DNA of 24,685 nucleotides from Candidatus Thorarchaeota archaeon (GTDB lineage: Archaea > Asgardarchaeota > Thorarchaeia > Thorarchaeales > Thorarchaeaceae), in contig JBHLQM010000056.1 in NCBI GenBank assembly GCA_048884785.1, positions 1 through 24,685 of the forward strand, read 5' to 3'. How positions within the stretch are numbered: the first letter of the stretch is position 1; each line of letters starts with the position of its first letter. The position numbers were made by a program, and so were the translations under genes. The notes beneath the pieces are model-generated. The model ran no database searches and was not told the DNA's origin. It worked only from the letters and a program-made list of their open reading frames with translations. Positions 8,803 through 17,068 of the stretch are shown here, in pieces.

Positions 8803-9384
8803 CTAGCTGCTCTTTTGTGACTTTTTTCTCTTGACTTTCACTATATCTCCCAGAGTTGCACCGCTTTCTCCCTTCTCACGAGACAACTTTAGTGGTACCG
8901 TACCAATAGGTTCCAAGAGCGAAATATCAAGCTCTCTCTCCAATCCTCGTATTGTCTTTCGAATAGGCTTTAGTCGTCCTGATTCAATTGACTGAAGGGT
9001 GGAAATTCTTTCTCCAACTTTTTGAGCAAGTTCTTCCTGACTCAATCCTTTCTTCTGGCGAGCCTTTCGAATAATATCTGAATAGTTCTCGATGAGATCC
9101 AGGTCATCAAGGAGAGGCCCACCGCTGGACGGCCTCGGTTTTGGTTTCTGGGTCACTTGAGGGCGAGGTGTTGTGCGAGGTGGTACGTGTGAAGTTGTTG
9201 TTTCCGGGCCACCTATCCAAGATGGACGAGCCGATGGCATTTGTCTTCCTTTTCCTGAATATGACTCTGATTTACCACCAAATTTGTCTGCACACTGGGG
9301 ACATACGTTCATCAGAGCGCCTTCGATTGTGACATTACGTCCACGGCCTTTCATGTTTCTTCCACATAGTTCGCAACTTGGCAC
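8803..9384 (-). CDS. mbf1: Archaeal multiprotein bridging factor 1
   Basis: N-terminal CELCG...VCPQC zinc ribbon, Cro-type HTH (IRKARQKKGLSQEELA...IESG) and C-terminal TLGD. GTG 9384 follows GAGGGTG. Confidence 0.9.
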   Translation of the reverse strand: MPSCELCGRNMKGRGRNVTIEGALMNVCPQCADKFGGKSESYSGKGRQMPSARPSWIGGPETTTSHVPPRTTPRPQVTQKPKPRPSSGGPLLDDLDLIENYSDIIRKARQKKGLSQEELAQKVGERISTLQSIESGRLKPIRKTIRGLERELDISLLEPIGTVPLKLSREKGESGATLGDIVKVKRKKSQKSS

Positions 9385-9520
9385 AAAAAGCACCCTCTGA
9401 ATTCTACGTTCTTCGGATTCCTGATAAACATTGACCTTGTTTCACCAAAATATCTTACTTGCCATGCAAGTTTAAAACTTGAAGCCATTTCCACTCGGCG
9501 CGACCAAATCAAGAACTAGT

Positions 9521-10558
9521 CTATTTTTCACACAATTCTCTCATTTTCCTCTCATTGGGCTTTTTGATAATTCCCTTGTCTGTGACGATTGCCGTGATAA
9601 GCTCCGGTGGAGTCATGTCAAATGCAGGATTGTACACCTTTGCTGTGGGTACAGTCACAGGTAGTCCATTTATGATACGTACTTCATCAGGATCTCTTTC
9701 TTCAATCTCTACTTCTTCTGGATTTGTCTTCATATCAACGGTGGACATTGGGGCAACACTGTAGAATGGAATATCATGATAATGAGCTACAATCGCCATA
9801 GTATACGTGCCAATCTTGTTGATGACATGACCAGTACGAAGAATCCTGTCAGCTCCGACCACACAGCAATCAACTCTTCCCTCTCGAAACACAGTTCCTA
9901 TCATACCATCGGTAATCAGTGTAGTATCAATACCATCTTCCATAAACTCGAAGACAGTCAGTCTTGAGCCCTGCTGACGTGGTCTCGTTTCAGCAGAATA
10001 GACCTTGATGTTTCCGTTATAGTGTTCATGTGCCACTCGTACAACTGCTCCAACTGTGCCTAAGTGAACAGTAGCCAACGACCCTGCATTGCAAATTGTC
10101 TGTATCGTATATCCTGGTTTGATTAACTCAAGTGCATTTTCACCAATTCTTCTGCACATACGAACATCTTCCTCAGCAATCTCTTTTGCCTCATCAATTA
10201 GCTGCCGAATTATATCATTGATACTGCCATCTGCTGATTTTAGGGTCTCAAGCATACGATTTGTAGCCCACGTCAGGTTCACAGCAGTTGGTCTTGTATT
10301 TAATACCTCAGCCGCACGTTCCAAGTAGTCCAGAAGTTCGTTCTTGCTAGTAGCTCTGCTCTCAAGGGCAGCCAACGCCATACCCATCCCTGCTGCGGCG
10401 CCTATCGCAGGAGCTCCCCTAATCTCCATCACCTTGATAGCTTGGGCCATTCTCTCGTGACTATCAGTAATAATATGCTCTGTTTTCAGTGGCAGTTTTG
10501 TCTGGTCAACAAAACGCACTCTATTACTGTCATTCATCCATTCAATTGTGCGAAACAT
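9521..10558 (-). CDS. mtnA: S-methyl-5-thioribose-1-phosphate isomerase (eIF-2B alpha/beta/delta family)
   Basis: DQTKLP, IRGAPAIG, TRPTAVNL, CNAGSLAT..GT, ETRP..QGSRLT, VGADRI, NKIGTY, YNPAFDMTP. Confidence 0.9.
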   Translation of the reverse strand: MFRTIEWMNDSNRVRFVDQTKLPLKTEHIITDSHERMAQAIKVMEIRGAPAIGAAAGMGMALAALESRATSKNELLDYLERAAEVLNTRPTAVNLTWATNRMLETLKSADGSINDIIRQLIDEAKEIAEEDVRMCRRIGENALELIKPGYTIQTICNAGSLATVHLGTVGAVVRVAHEHYNGNIKVYSAETRPRQQGSRLTVFEFMEDGIDTTLITDGMIGTVFREGRVDCCVVGADRILRTGHVINKIGTYTMAIVAHYHDIPFYSVAPMSTVDMKTNPEEVEIEERDPDEVRIINGLPVTVPTAKVYNPAFDMTPPELITAIVTDKGIIKKPNERKMRELCEK

Positions 10559-10562
10559 TGTA

Positions 10563-11060
10563 CTATCCTCGTATGTGATTTTTCAGAAGTTCATCAATCG
10601 TGCTAATAAGGTTCTGAGAAACCTTTTCGATCTCTGGTGTGAGCCCCTCTCCAAATAGAATACTCTGAGGCTGAACCCCAAGAAGAATGGTCCTTCCACC
10701 AGTTTGTTCTTCCAGATACTGCATAAGGAATGATAGAGGCATACTATGTGTACTGATAGCAATTCCGCCTATTCTATCCTTGGTGACCAATTCAATGTGA
10801 CCCACTGGCTTTTTCATATCTGCTGCATCAACCATTATCACTCGTTCTGCACCAAACTCCGCCAAAGGACGGGCAAAAGCCTCTGGTACCGAGCCGACAC
10901 ATTCTATGAAAATGTCAGGGTGCCTCGTGCTCAACCCATTGACGATGTAAGGTCCAAGACCATCATCCGTTCTCAAGTCGTTCCCAAGTCCCAATATTGC
11001 AATCTTCTTTGAACCTGAGATGAAGTCTTTCAGTTGGTGCACAATTTTGGGGTCGGTCAC
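10563..11060 (-). CDS. hycI: HycI-type hydrogenase maturation endopeptidase
   Basis: ILGLGNDLRTDDGLG, G.VPE, VDAAD, STHSMPL, LGVQP....FGEGLT. Start ambiguous (GTG 11060 or ATG 11099). Confidence 0.85.
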   Translation of the reverse strand: MTDPKIVHQLKDFISGSKKIAILGLGNDLRTDDGLGPYIVNGLSTRHPDIFIECVGSVPEAFARPLAEFGAERVIMVDAADMKKPVGHIELVTKDRIGGIAISTHSMPLSFLMQYLEEQTGGRTILLGVQPQSILFGEGLTPEIEKVSQNLISTIDELLKNHIRG

Positions 11061-11158
11061 ATCAAACGACCTGTCGTATCCGACTATATCTCTTATCATT
11101 GGACACGTCGAAGAGTTTTTCACAATTGTACACCGCGCCTACATCTGTAGGCGAATGC

Positions 11159-11806
11159 ATGTTGTCTGATCAAGAGAGGAACTCCGAGTTTCCTTTGGAA
11201 TCATCTGATGAAGAACTCGATGAATTTGTTGATGAAGAACCCGAGGAAGAGGAGGAACCGTCAAGTGCAATTTTCAGAGATGAGAAGGGCTACGTTGGAA
11301 AAGACGATGCTGATAGAATATCCCAACAGGGATTCTATGGATCTCGACTTGATGATGGCACATTACAACTTGAGCCTGTGGAATTGCTACATTTACTAGA
11401 GCGAAAGAGAATTACATTGGCAAACGCAGCAGGTGAAACAATTGGTTCCGCACATATTATCAAGGAGCTACTTGCCAAAGACCCCGATCTCTGGATACGT
11501 TATCTTGTGTTTCGTGATTTACGAAGTAGGGGATATGCAGTACGCCAAGGATTTGGGAGTGGAATTGGATTTCGAGTATACAGTCGTGGAGAACGGCCTG
11601 GATCGTCAACTGCAAGCCAGCTAATCTATGTGCTAAAAGAAGGAGTCCCCATATCACTACAGGAACTTGATGCAGTAACAGAAACCGCCTTATCGGCACG
11701 CAAGTTTCTCTTGTTTGCATTGGTAGACCAAAATGGAGAAGTAAATTATTACCGAGTTGCCCAAGCAACACTTCGTGACCTTGGAGGGAATACTAATAAT
11801 GAATGA
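11159..11806 (+). CDS. endA: tRNA-intron (splicing) endonuclease subunit, probably non-catalytic beta type
   Basis: [23 protein letters not shown]...G..FRVY and [18 protein letters not shown]. The catalytic His position is Thr. Confidence 0.88.
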   Translation: MLSDQERNSEFPLESSDEELDEFVDEEPEEEEEPSSAIFRDEKGYVGKDDADRISQQGFYGSRLDDGTLQLEPVELLHLLERKRITLANAAGETIGSAHIIKELLAKDPDLWIRYLVFRDLRSRGYAVRQGFGSGIGFRVYSRGERPGSSTASQLIYVLKEGVPISLQELDAVTETALSARKFLLFALVDQNGEVNYYRVAQATLRDLGGNTNNE

Positions 11807-13064
11807 TGATTGGATGAATGAAGATGAGGAGCTAGTCAAGCTAGATGCCTTTTTCGATGAACATACAATGAGTGTACACCTAATAGAGAATAATCCTCCT
11901 CGTGCAAAACGCGGTGCACCTGGCGAGTGGGCATTAGTAGAACTGTCAGAAAGAATTCTTACACAAGAGGAACTTGAGATTCTGGCCGAAGCGATAATTG
12001 AAAGCGCTCGGAACGATCGACAATCATTCATTGAAATTGAGGAGGACGGAGCTGCTGTAGTGCAGCTAAGAAATCTCCGCATAGCAATAGCCATGCCTCC
12101 ATTTGCAGATAAATTTGAGATTTCAGCGATTAAACCCATCAAGAAGCTATCAATTGAAGAGTATCATTTGAGTCCAAAACTTACGAACCGACTTGAAACG
12201 AGGGCCGAAGGAATTCTAGTCACTGGCTCTCCTGGGTCTGGAAAATCGACATTTTCAGCTGCTCTTGCTGAGTTTTATAGCAAAAAGGGCAATATCGTAA
12301 AAACACTTGAGCAACCCAGAGACCTCCAAGTATCAGAAGACATCGTACAGTATTCACCTCTTGATGGCAGCATGGAAAAGGCTGCTGACATTCTGCTACT
12401 TGTTCGTCCTGACTATGTAATATATGATGAATTGAGAAAGAACAGTGATTTTGAGGCATATTCGGATTTGAGGGCTGCTGGAGTTGGTATGGTGGGAGTG
12501 GTCCATGCTGGGTCATCTATAGATGCCATTCAAAGACTGATACTGCGAGGAAGAGTCGAACTTGGTCAGCTACCAAGCACAGTAGACACGGTCATACATA
12601 TTGAGGCTGGCAAAGTTGCCAAGGTTTCCTCACTAACTCTTAAAGTAAAACTTCCAACAGGTATGAGTAGCTCCCAAAAGGACCTTGCCAGACCTGTAGT
12701 TGAAGTCCGTGATTTTGAGCTTGGTGTACTTGAGTATGAGATATTCACCTTTGGTGGAGAAAAAGTCGTTGTACCCGTTCGTGGAGGCCCGCGCGTAACG
12801 CCAGTTGGTAGGGAACCACGCAGAGGTCGTCCAGGAGAAACAGTTCCTGTAAAGGTCAGCTACTCCAAGAAGAAAGTGACAATCTATGCAGGACAAAAAT
12901 ACGCAAAACAAAGGATGGAGCTGTTCGCTGATGATGCCTACCTAACAACCACCGTCATTGGACGAAATGGCGAGAGTTCGATTCGTATTAAAACTCGTCA
13001 GGGTGCAATGATTGTAGATGCAATGGAAGAGGGTGCAGCTATAACAGCAAAGATTGCAGAATAG
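11799..13064 (+). CDS. PINA-like (PilT/VirB11-class) P-loop ATPase lacking the N-terminal PIN domain
   Basis: [11 protein letters not shown]...AKRGAPGEW, Walker [47 protein letters not shown]...[12 protein letters not shown] overlaps the endA stop by 8 nt. Confidence 0.85.
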   Translation: MNDDWMNEDEELVKLDAFFDEHTMSVHLIENNPPRAKRGAPGEWALVELSERILTQEELEILAEAIIESARNDRQSFIEIEEDGAAVVQLRNLRIAIAMPPFADKFEISAIKPIKKLSIEEYHLSPKLTNRLETRAEGILVTGSPGSGKSTFSAALAEFYSKKGNIVKTLEQPRDLQVSEDIVQYSPLDGSMEKAADILLLVRPDYVIYDELRKNSDFEAYSDLRAAGVGMVGVVHAGSSIDAIQRLILRGRVELGQLPSTVDTVIHIEAGKVAKVSSLTLKVKLPTGMSSSQKDLARPVVEVRDFELGVLEYEIFTFGGEKVVVPVRGGPRVTPVGREPRRGRPGETVPVKVSYSKKKVTIYAGQKYAKQRMELFADDAYLTTTVIGRNGESSIRIKTRQGAMIVDAMEEGAAITAKIAE

Positions 13065-13110
13065 AAACTGCAAAACCTTTAACAACGAACGGACGACTCC
13101 GCTGACTCGT

Positions 13111-13214
13111 GGGCCCGTTGCCTAGCCAGGATAGGGCACCAGCCTCCTATCAAAGCGTTCTTCCACTTGGGAGACAGTTGGTTTCCGTGAGTTCAAATCT
13201 CACCGGGCCCGCCA
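13111..13214 (+). tRNA. tRNA-Arg(CCU) with 26-nt intron at 37/38 (13150-13175)
   Basis: GGGCCCG/CGGGCCC, G73, CCA. CCAGC-CT-CCT-A[intron]A-GTTGG. Strict BHB CTCC/GGAG with bulges TAT and ACA. Confidence 0.93.
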
Positions 13215-13361
13215 TGACTTTTGTCTTCCACCGGCTTGATACTAGCCATACAACTTGTCACATTACGGAAGTCAAGTCTTAAACAGATACCCATCGTCTG
13301 ACTTAACCTCAAAGGCACAACTTGATCAAAAGAAGATCATTCCCTATTGAATCAGGATAAC

Positions 13362-13439
13362 TGGCGGGCACGGCAGGATTCGAACCTGCGACATCCAACT
13401 CCGAAGGCTGGCGCCCTATCCTGGCTAGACTACGTGCCC
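13362..13439 (-). tRNA. tRNA-Arg(UCG), intronless
   Basis: GGGCACG/CGTGCCC, G73, CCA. CCAGC-CT-TCG-GA-GTTGG. GCAGG-TTCGAAT-CCTGC. Confidence 0.96.
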
Positions 13440-13487
13440 AAGCCATTATGATTTTGATTGCCTCTTAAGCGCTTCTGTAAATAACAG

Positions 13488-13706
13488 CTAATTCTTGCCT
13501 AGCTTCTCATTCCAGACTTCTAGGAAATACTCCAAGGATCTATCATAAGTACGCTCAGCATCCTTCGGGAATAGGCAACCGGGCAGCTCCTTGTGTTTCC
13601 AATGGTATTGCAGACAATCACAACAATAGCCTTTACGAGAACAACCAGGATATGAGCATCCGCATTGCTCCAGATTCCTCTTGGTGTTACATCTTCTCTC
13701 TGACAT
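13488..13706 (-). CDS. DUF6485-like small Cys-rich protein
   Basis: C....N...C.CSY..CSRKG.CC.CL.YH....ELPGC.F....ERTYDRS.E.F pattern. Confidence 0.8.
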   Translation of the reverse strand: MSERRCNTKRNLEQCGCSYPGCSRKGYCCDCLQYHWKHKELPGCLFPKDAERTYDRSLEYFLEVWNEKLGKN

Positions 13707-13836
13707 TGCTAGACTCAAGTGAGGCTAGGTATGAATCGTTAAAACATGTGTGGTCTGTAGTCTAGAAACAAAGACCTTGATGCGATCGATGTTCTTGCAT
13801 CCAGTTCCAGAAGAATCAAGTTTCTCCTATTCTCAA

Positions 13837-14601
13837 TCATACCTTTCCAACTGCCGAGAGATAGACTGTCATCTCGTTCTCACCATCAACCTGAATTAGC
13901 TCATCCATCGTATCTTGTCCATATGCCGCAATAGCACATGTATCAGCACCTATGCCTTCACAGGCCAAGTATAAGTTCTGACAGACATGATCCGCTTCTA
14001 TCAGGATGTCTTTATAGCTTATGACACTGTACCGCCATTCTGTTTTGTAGGGTATAGCAGCCCAGACAAAAACGACCGGCGCCAATCCAATGAAATTCTG
14101 AGACCAGGCATAATTCAGCAGTTCATTCGCACTTGGAAGACGCTCCGAGATCAAAATCAGCTTGTGCTCGATTGGAAGATACCGATAGACACCCGGTATA
14201 AGACTCTCTACATTCCTGATAAGAAGATATGTTTCGAAGGGCTGACGTCCGCCTCCGGAGGGCACCATTCGTTTAGTCCATACCCTTTTCTTGTCTACTT
14301 GACGAACTCCTTGAGTTGCCCATAGAAGAAATGACAATTCCTCAAGGGATAACGGCTCGTCTTTGAAAATACGTCTGCTCTGGCGATTGCCAATTGCTTT
14401 AATCAGAGGAACTTGTCCCACTTTGAAGTCTTTTGGCTCTACCAAATCTATTAGCTCAGCATCCTTGTCATAGGGCTTCTCTAAAGGAGGAGGGCCTACT
14501 CCCTTTTGCTGATCGGTTTTCCACCATTCATCAGGGACATCCTCAGAAATGCTGGCTTTCAAGAGTCTTCTCCTTTCTCTGATTACCTCATCATAGTCCA
14601 T
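13837..14601 (-). CDS. SagB/ThcOx-family FMN-dependent nitroreductase/dehydrogenase
   Basis: AI.NRQSRR.F, LSLEELSFLLWATQGV, R.VPSGG.R.PFETYL, GVYRY.P..H.L, H..QNLYLA. Confidence 0.88.
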   Translation of the reverse strand: MDYDEVIRERRRLLKASISEDVPDEWWKTDQQKGVGPPPLEKPYDKDAELIDLVEPKDFKVGQVPLIKAIGNRQSRRIFKDEPLSLEELSFLLWATQGVRQVDKKRVWTKRMVPSGGGRQPFETYLLIRNVESLIPGVYRYLPIEHKLILISERLPSANELLNYAWSQNFIGLAPVVFVWAAIPYKTEWRYSVISYKDILIEADHVCQNLYLACEGIGADTCAIAAYGQDTMDELIQVDGENEMTVYLSAVGKV

Positions 14602-14805
14602 TTTCTATGCCTCGCCAGATGTTGCCAATGTACCTGTACCTTAATACAATCACAACCGAACCCAACCGCTGTATAAGACTTGATAAAAAAGCAATTTTCA
14701 TTTCAATTATGCCCTTTTAACAAGTTTACTTGTAGTCTTTCATCTATTGTAGGATTAACTACAGAGCAATCCTTTTATTCGATATACTTGGAGATGAGCC
14801 AGCCT

Positions 14806-14912
14806 CGGGACGTAGCTCAATAGTGCGCTGCATCAGTAGCCACTGAGAAATCTGGCAGAGCTATGGACTGTAGATCCATTGGTTGCCGGTTCAAATCCGG
14901 CCGTCCCGACCA
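14806..14912 (+). tRNA. tRNA-Tyr(GUA) with ~30-nt D-loop intron at ~15/16 (about 14821-14850)
   Basis: C1:G72 acceptor CGGGACG/CGTCCCG, A73, CCA. Intact ATGGA-CT-GTA-GA-TCCAT. D arm GCTC-AA[insert]TCTGGCA-GAGC. The insert pairs CTCA/TGAG and GTG/CAC around an ATA bulge. Confidence 0.92.
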
Positions 14913-15228
14913 CTATTTCTCTATCCTATCCATAAACAAGACTAGTCAAAGAAGCCCAGAAAGAAGACTCTTCCATGAATTGCACAATCTCGATAGTATC
15001 TAGAACAATCCATCGGTTGCTCATCCTTTGTGTTTTCACACATAAATGCCCAAGTTTATTAAGACTTAAGAGAATCGTGAAACGCAGAAAGTGAGAAAGA
15101 AAGTTACAGGTTGCCAAAAACCATACTAAAACCAGAACGTTTTCTCTGGTATTTGAAATATCTGTTTTTCAGAAATCACAAGTTTAGTCTGTGGAATAAA
15201 CCACGCTCATGAGAGCAGGATATAAGAA

Positions 15229-15384
15229 ATGGAAAAAATGAAAATCAATTCCGAGATTGAATACAATCGAAACCGAGTATTAAACGGACATGGCCCTCAC
15301 AAAATGCTGGAAATGATACAACAAGAAATGCTGGAAGGATTAATCAAAAAAGGAATCCAAGAGAAGGGTTTGAATTTAGACTAG
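15229..15384 (+). CDS. Hypothetical 51-aa protein (MEKMKINSEIEY...GLNLD)
   Basis: Open frame ATG to TAG, below the ORF-track cutoff, on the same strand as the next micro-ORF. No recognised motif. Confidence 0.35.
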   Translation: MEKMKINSEIEYNRNRVLNGHGPHKMLEMIQQEMLEGLIKKGIQEKGLNLD

Positions 15385-15433
15385 AACGCACAAGCAAAGA
15401 ATCAATCCATCAAAATCTTACAGAGGTGGAAAA

Positions 15434-15559
15434 ATGAGTACGAGTTCATACGATCATTGTACCTGTGGTCACAGTCGCGAAAATCATGATGATTTTGAAG
15501 GCGATTGCAAAATATGTAATTGCAATGTGTTTCACAGAGGTATGCAATTGATCACATAG
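15434..15559 (+). CDS. 41-aa Cys/His zinc-finger-like microprotein
   Basis: MSTSSYDHCTCGHSRENHDDFEGDCKICNCNVFHRGMQLIT, pattern CxCGHx4Hx6Cx2CxCx2F; SD-like GAGGTGG at 15423-15429. Confidence 0.7.
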   Translation: MSTSSYDHCTCGHSRENHDDFEGDCKICNCNVFHRGMQLIT

Positions 15560-15583
15560 ATAATTCTGGTATGGCTGATGATG

Positions 15584-16687
15584 TCATTTCTTCAAACCAT
15601 CCAACCAAGTAGCAGTTTTATCCAAATCTCGAGTGAAGATTCTACCTATGTTACTAGGAATCTTTGCCTGATGATATTTGAAGAGAAATCTTTTGTCCAA
15701 AATCCCAAGAATCTCAATCTTTCCAGTTTCATGCGACATTATGTAACGAAATCTCTTGCTGTGTCCATTGAGTAGTTCCTTTGCTTTCTCAGTAATTGTA
15801 TATCCTTCGTAGAGTGGGACTTGAAAAGTCTTCTTTACCCTTGCAACAGGTCGGCATTGAAATACATAGTACGGATTAACACCAATCTTTACAAGGTTGT
15901 TTTGAAGATTCGCCAAAACCGCTGGGCTATCATTTACTCCTTTGAGGAGTACTGTCTGATTGCTTACAGTTATACCCGACTTCAATAGTTTGTCAATAGC
16001 CTTTGTTGATTCTCTTGTTATTTCTCTCGGATGATTATATTGAGTTACTATGAATAATCGTTTTGATCTTTCAGAATACTCATTCAAAATCTCCAGCAAG
16101 CCGTTGTCATTCAATATTCGTGCCGGGAATGTAACAGGAATTCTAGTACCAAATCTAATGAAATCCAAATGAGGTATCGGCGATAGAGCCTCAAGCAAGT
16201 CAGCTATTTTGGAATTCTTAAGGGTGAGTGGATCCCCGCCGGTGATGAGTACATTGCTTATTTCCTTGTGACTTGCAATATACTCGGCAGCAGCATCAAT
16301 GTTCCTGAGAACTTCTTGACTTGGTAATCCAACTAATCTCTTCCTGAAACAGTGTCTACAGTACATTGCACACTCAGTCGTTGCAATAATCACTGCAGTT
16401 TGCTTGTACTTGTGCTGCAACCCAGGCATGATAGTGTTAGTTAGTTCTCCACTAGTATCATAGGATCCCTCAGTAACTAACTCGCTACTTGTTGGAATAG
16501 CCATTTTTCTTATAGGATCCTCCGGATCTTGTTCATCAATCAAAGATAGATAGTACTCTGAAACACGAAGTGGGTGGATTCTACTTAATCTGCATAGAAG
16601 GCGTTCTTCTGACTCTGTGAGATCTATGAACTCTGCTAAATCATCGATGCGAGTGATTACATTCTCCGAATACAGTGAATGAGTCAA
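15584..16687 (-). CDS. KamA-family (lysine 2,3-aminomutase-like) radical SAM protein
   Basis: YYLSLI...DPIRK, PGLQHKY, CAMYCRHCFRKR (CX3CX2C), VLITGGDPL, IRFGTRIPV.FP.R, NHPRE, NQTVLLKGVND, PYYVFQC, SHETGK. TTG start. Confidence 0.92.
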   Translation of the reverse strand: MTHSLYSENVITRIDDLAEFIDLTESEERLLCRLSRIHPLRVSEYYLSLIDEQDPEDPIRKMAIPTSSELVTEGSYDTSGELTNTIMPGLQHKYKQTAVIIATTECAMYCRHCFRKRLVGLPSQEVLRNIDAAAEYIASHKEISNVLITGGDPLTLKNSKIADLLEALSPIPHLDFIRFGTRIPVTFPARILNDNGLLEILNEYSERSKRLFIVTQYNHPREITRESTKAIDKLLKSGITVSNQTVLLKGVNDSPAVLANLQNNLVKIGVNPYYVFQCRPVARVKKTFQVPLYEGYTITEKAKELLNGHSKRFRYIMSHETGKIEILGILDKRFLFKYHQAKIPSNIGRIFTRDLDKTATWLDGLKK

Positions 16688-16732
16688 AAGGCCACAACCT
16701 TGGATAATAATTCTCTATAGCTGTATGAATGA

Positions 16733-16894
16733 TCAACTGTCATCTGGATCCACTCTAACAGTGTTCGGCTCAGTTGTCATTCTTGATATGATTGCCATTT
16801 TCCACTCAATATCATACCACTCCGTGATTGGTATATTTGCAGCTAATCTCTCTTTTTCGTCAACTGCAAGAGTCTCTCTCTCATCTTCTCTCAT
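16733..16894 (-). CDS. 53-aa hypothetical protein directly upstream of the KamA-like gene
   Basis: Perfect SD GAGGTGA 4 nt before ATG 16894; MREDERETLAVDEKERLAANIPITEWYDIEWKMAIISRMTTEPNTVRVDPDDS. Confidence 0.6.
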   Translation of the reverse strand: MREDERETLAVDEKERLAANIPITEWYDIEWKMAIISRMTTEPNTVRVDPDDS

Positions 16895-17068
16895 TGTTTC
16901 ACCTCTTATGCAACACTTCGACATCACATGGTCAAGTAGGTCTGTTTGTTCCGTCGATTACCCCAATTCAAAACACTCACAATCTACGAGAGTTTCATTC
17001 AGGCTTTGCTCTGCCTAAACCTGTCCAGCAGGTCGGTCCTACTTCTCATCAGTCTTACAGAAGATACT

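Noticed and set aside
13488-14601. SagB plus Cys-rich small protein as an azole RiPP cluster
   Set aside because: No YcaO or E1-like gene is present; the small protein looks like a folded DUF6485 metal-binding protein, and standalone SagB-like genes are common.
16990-17055. Hammerhead ribozyme (CUGAUGA...GAAA on the minus strand)
   Set aside because: The required stems I-III do not form around the core motifs.
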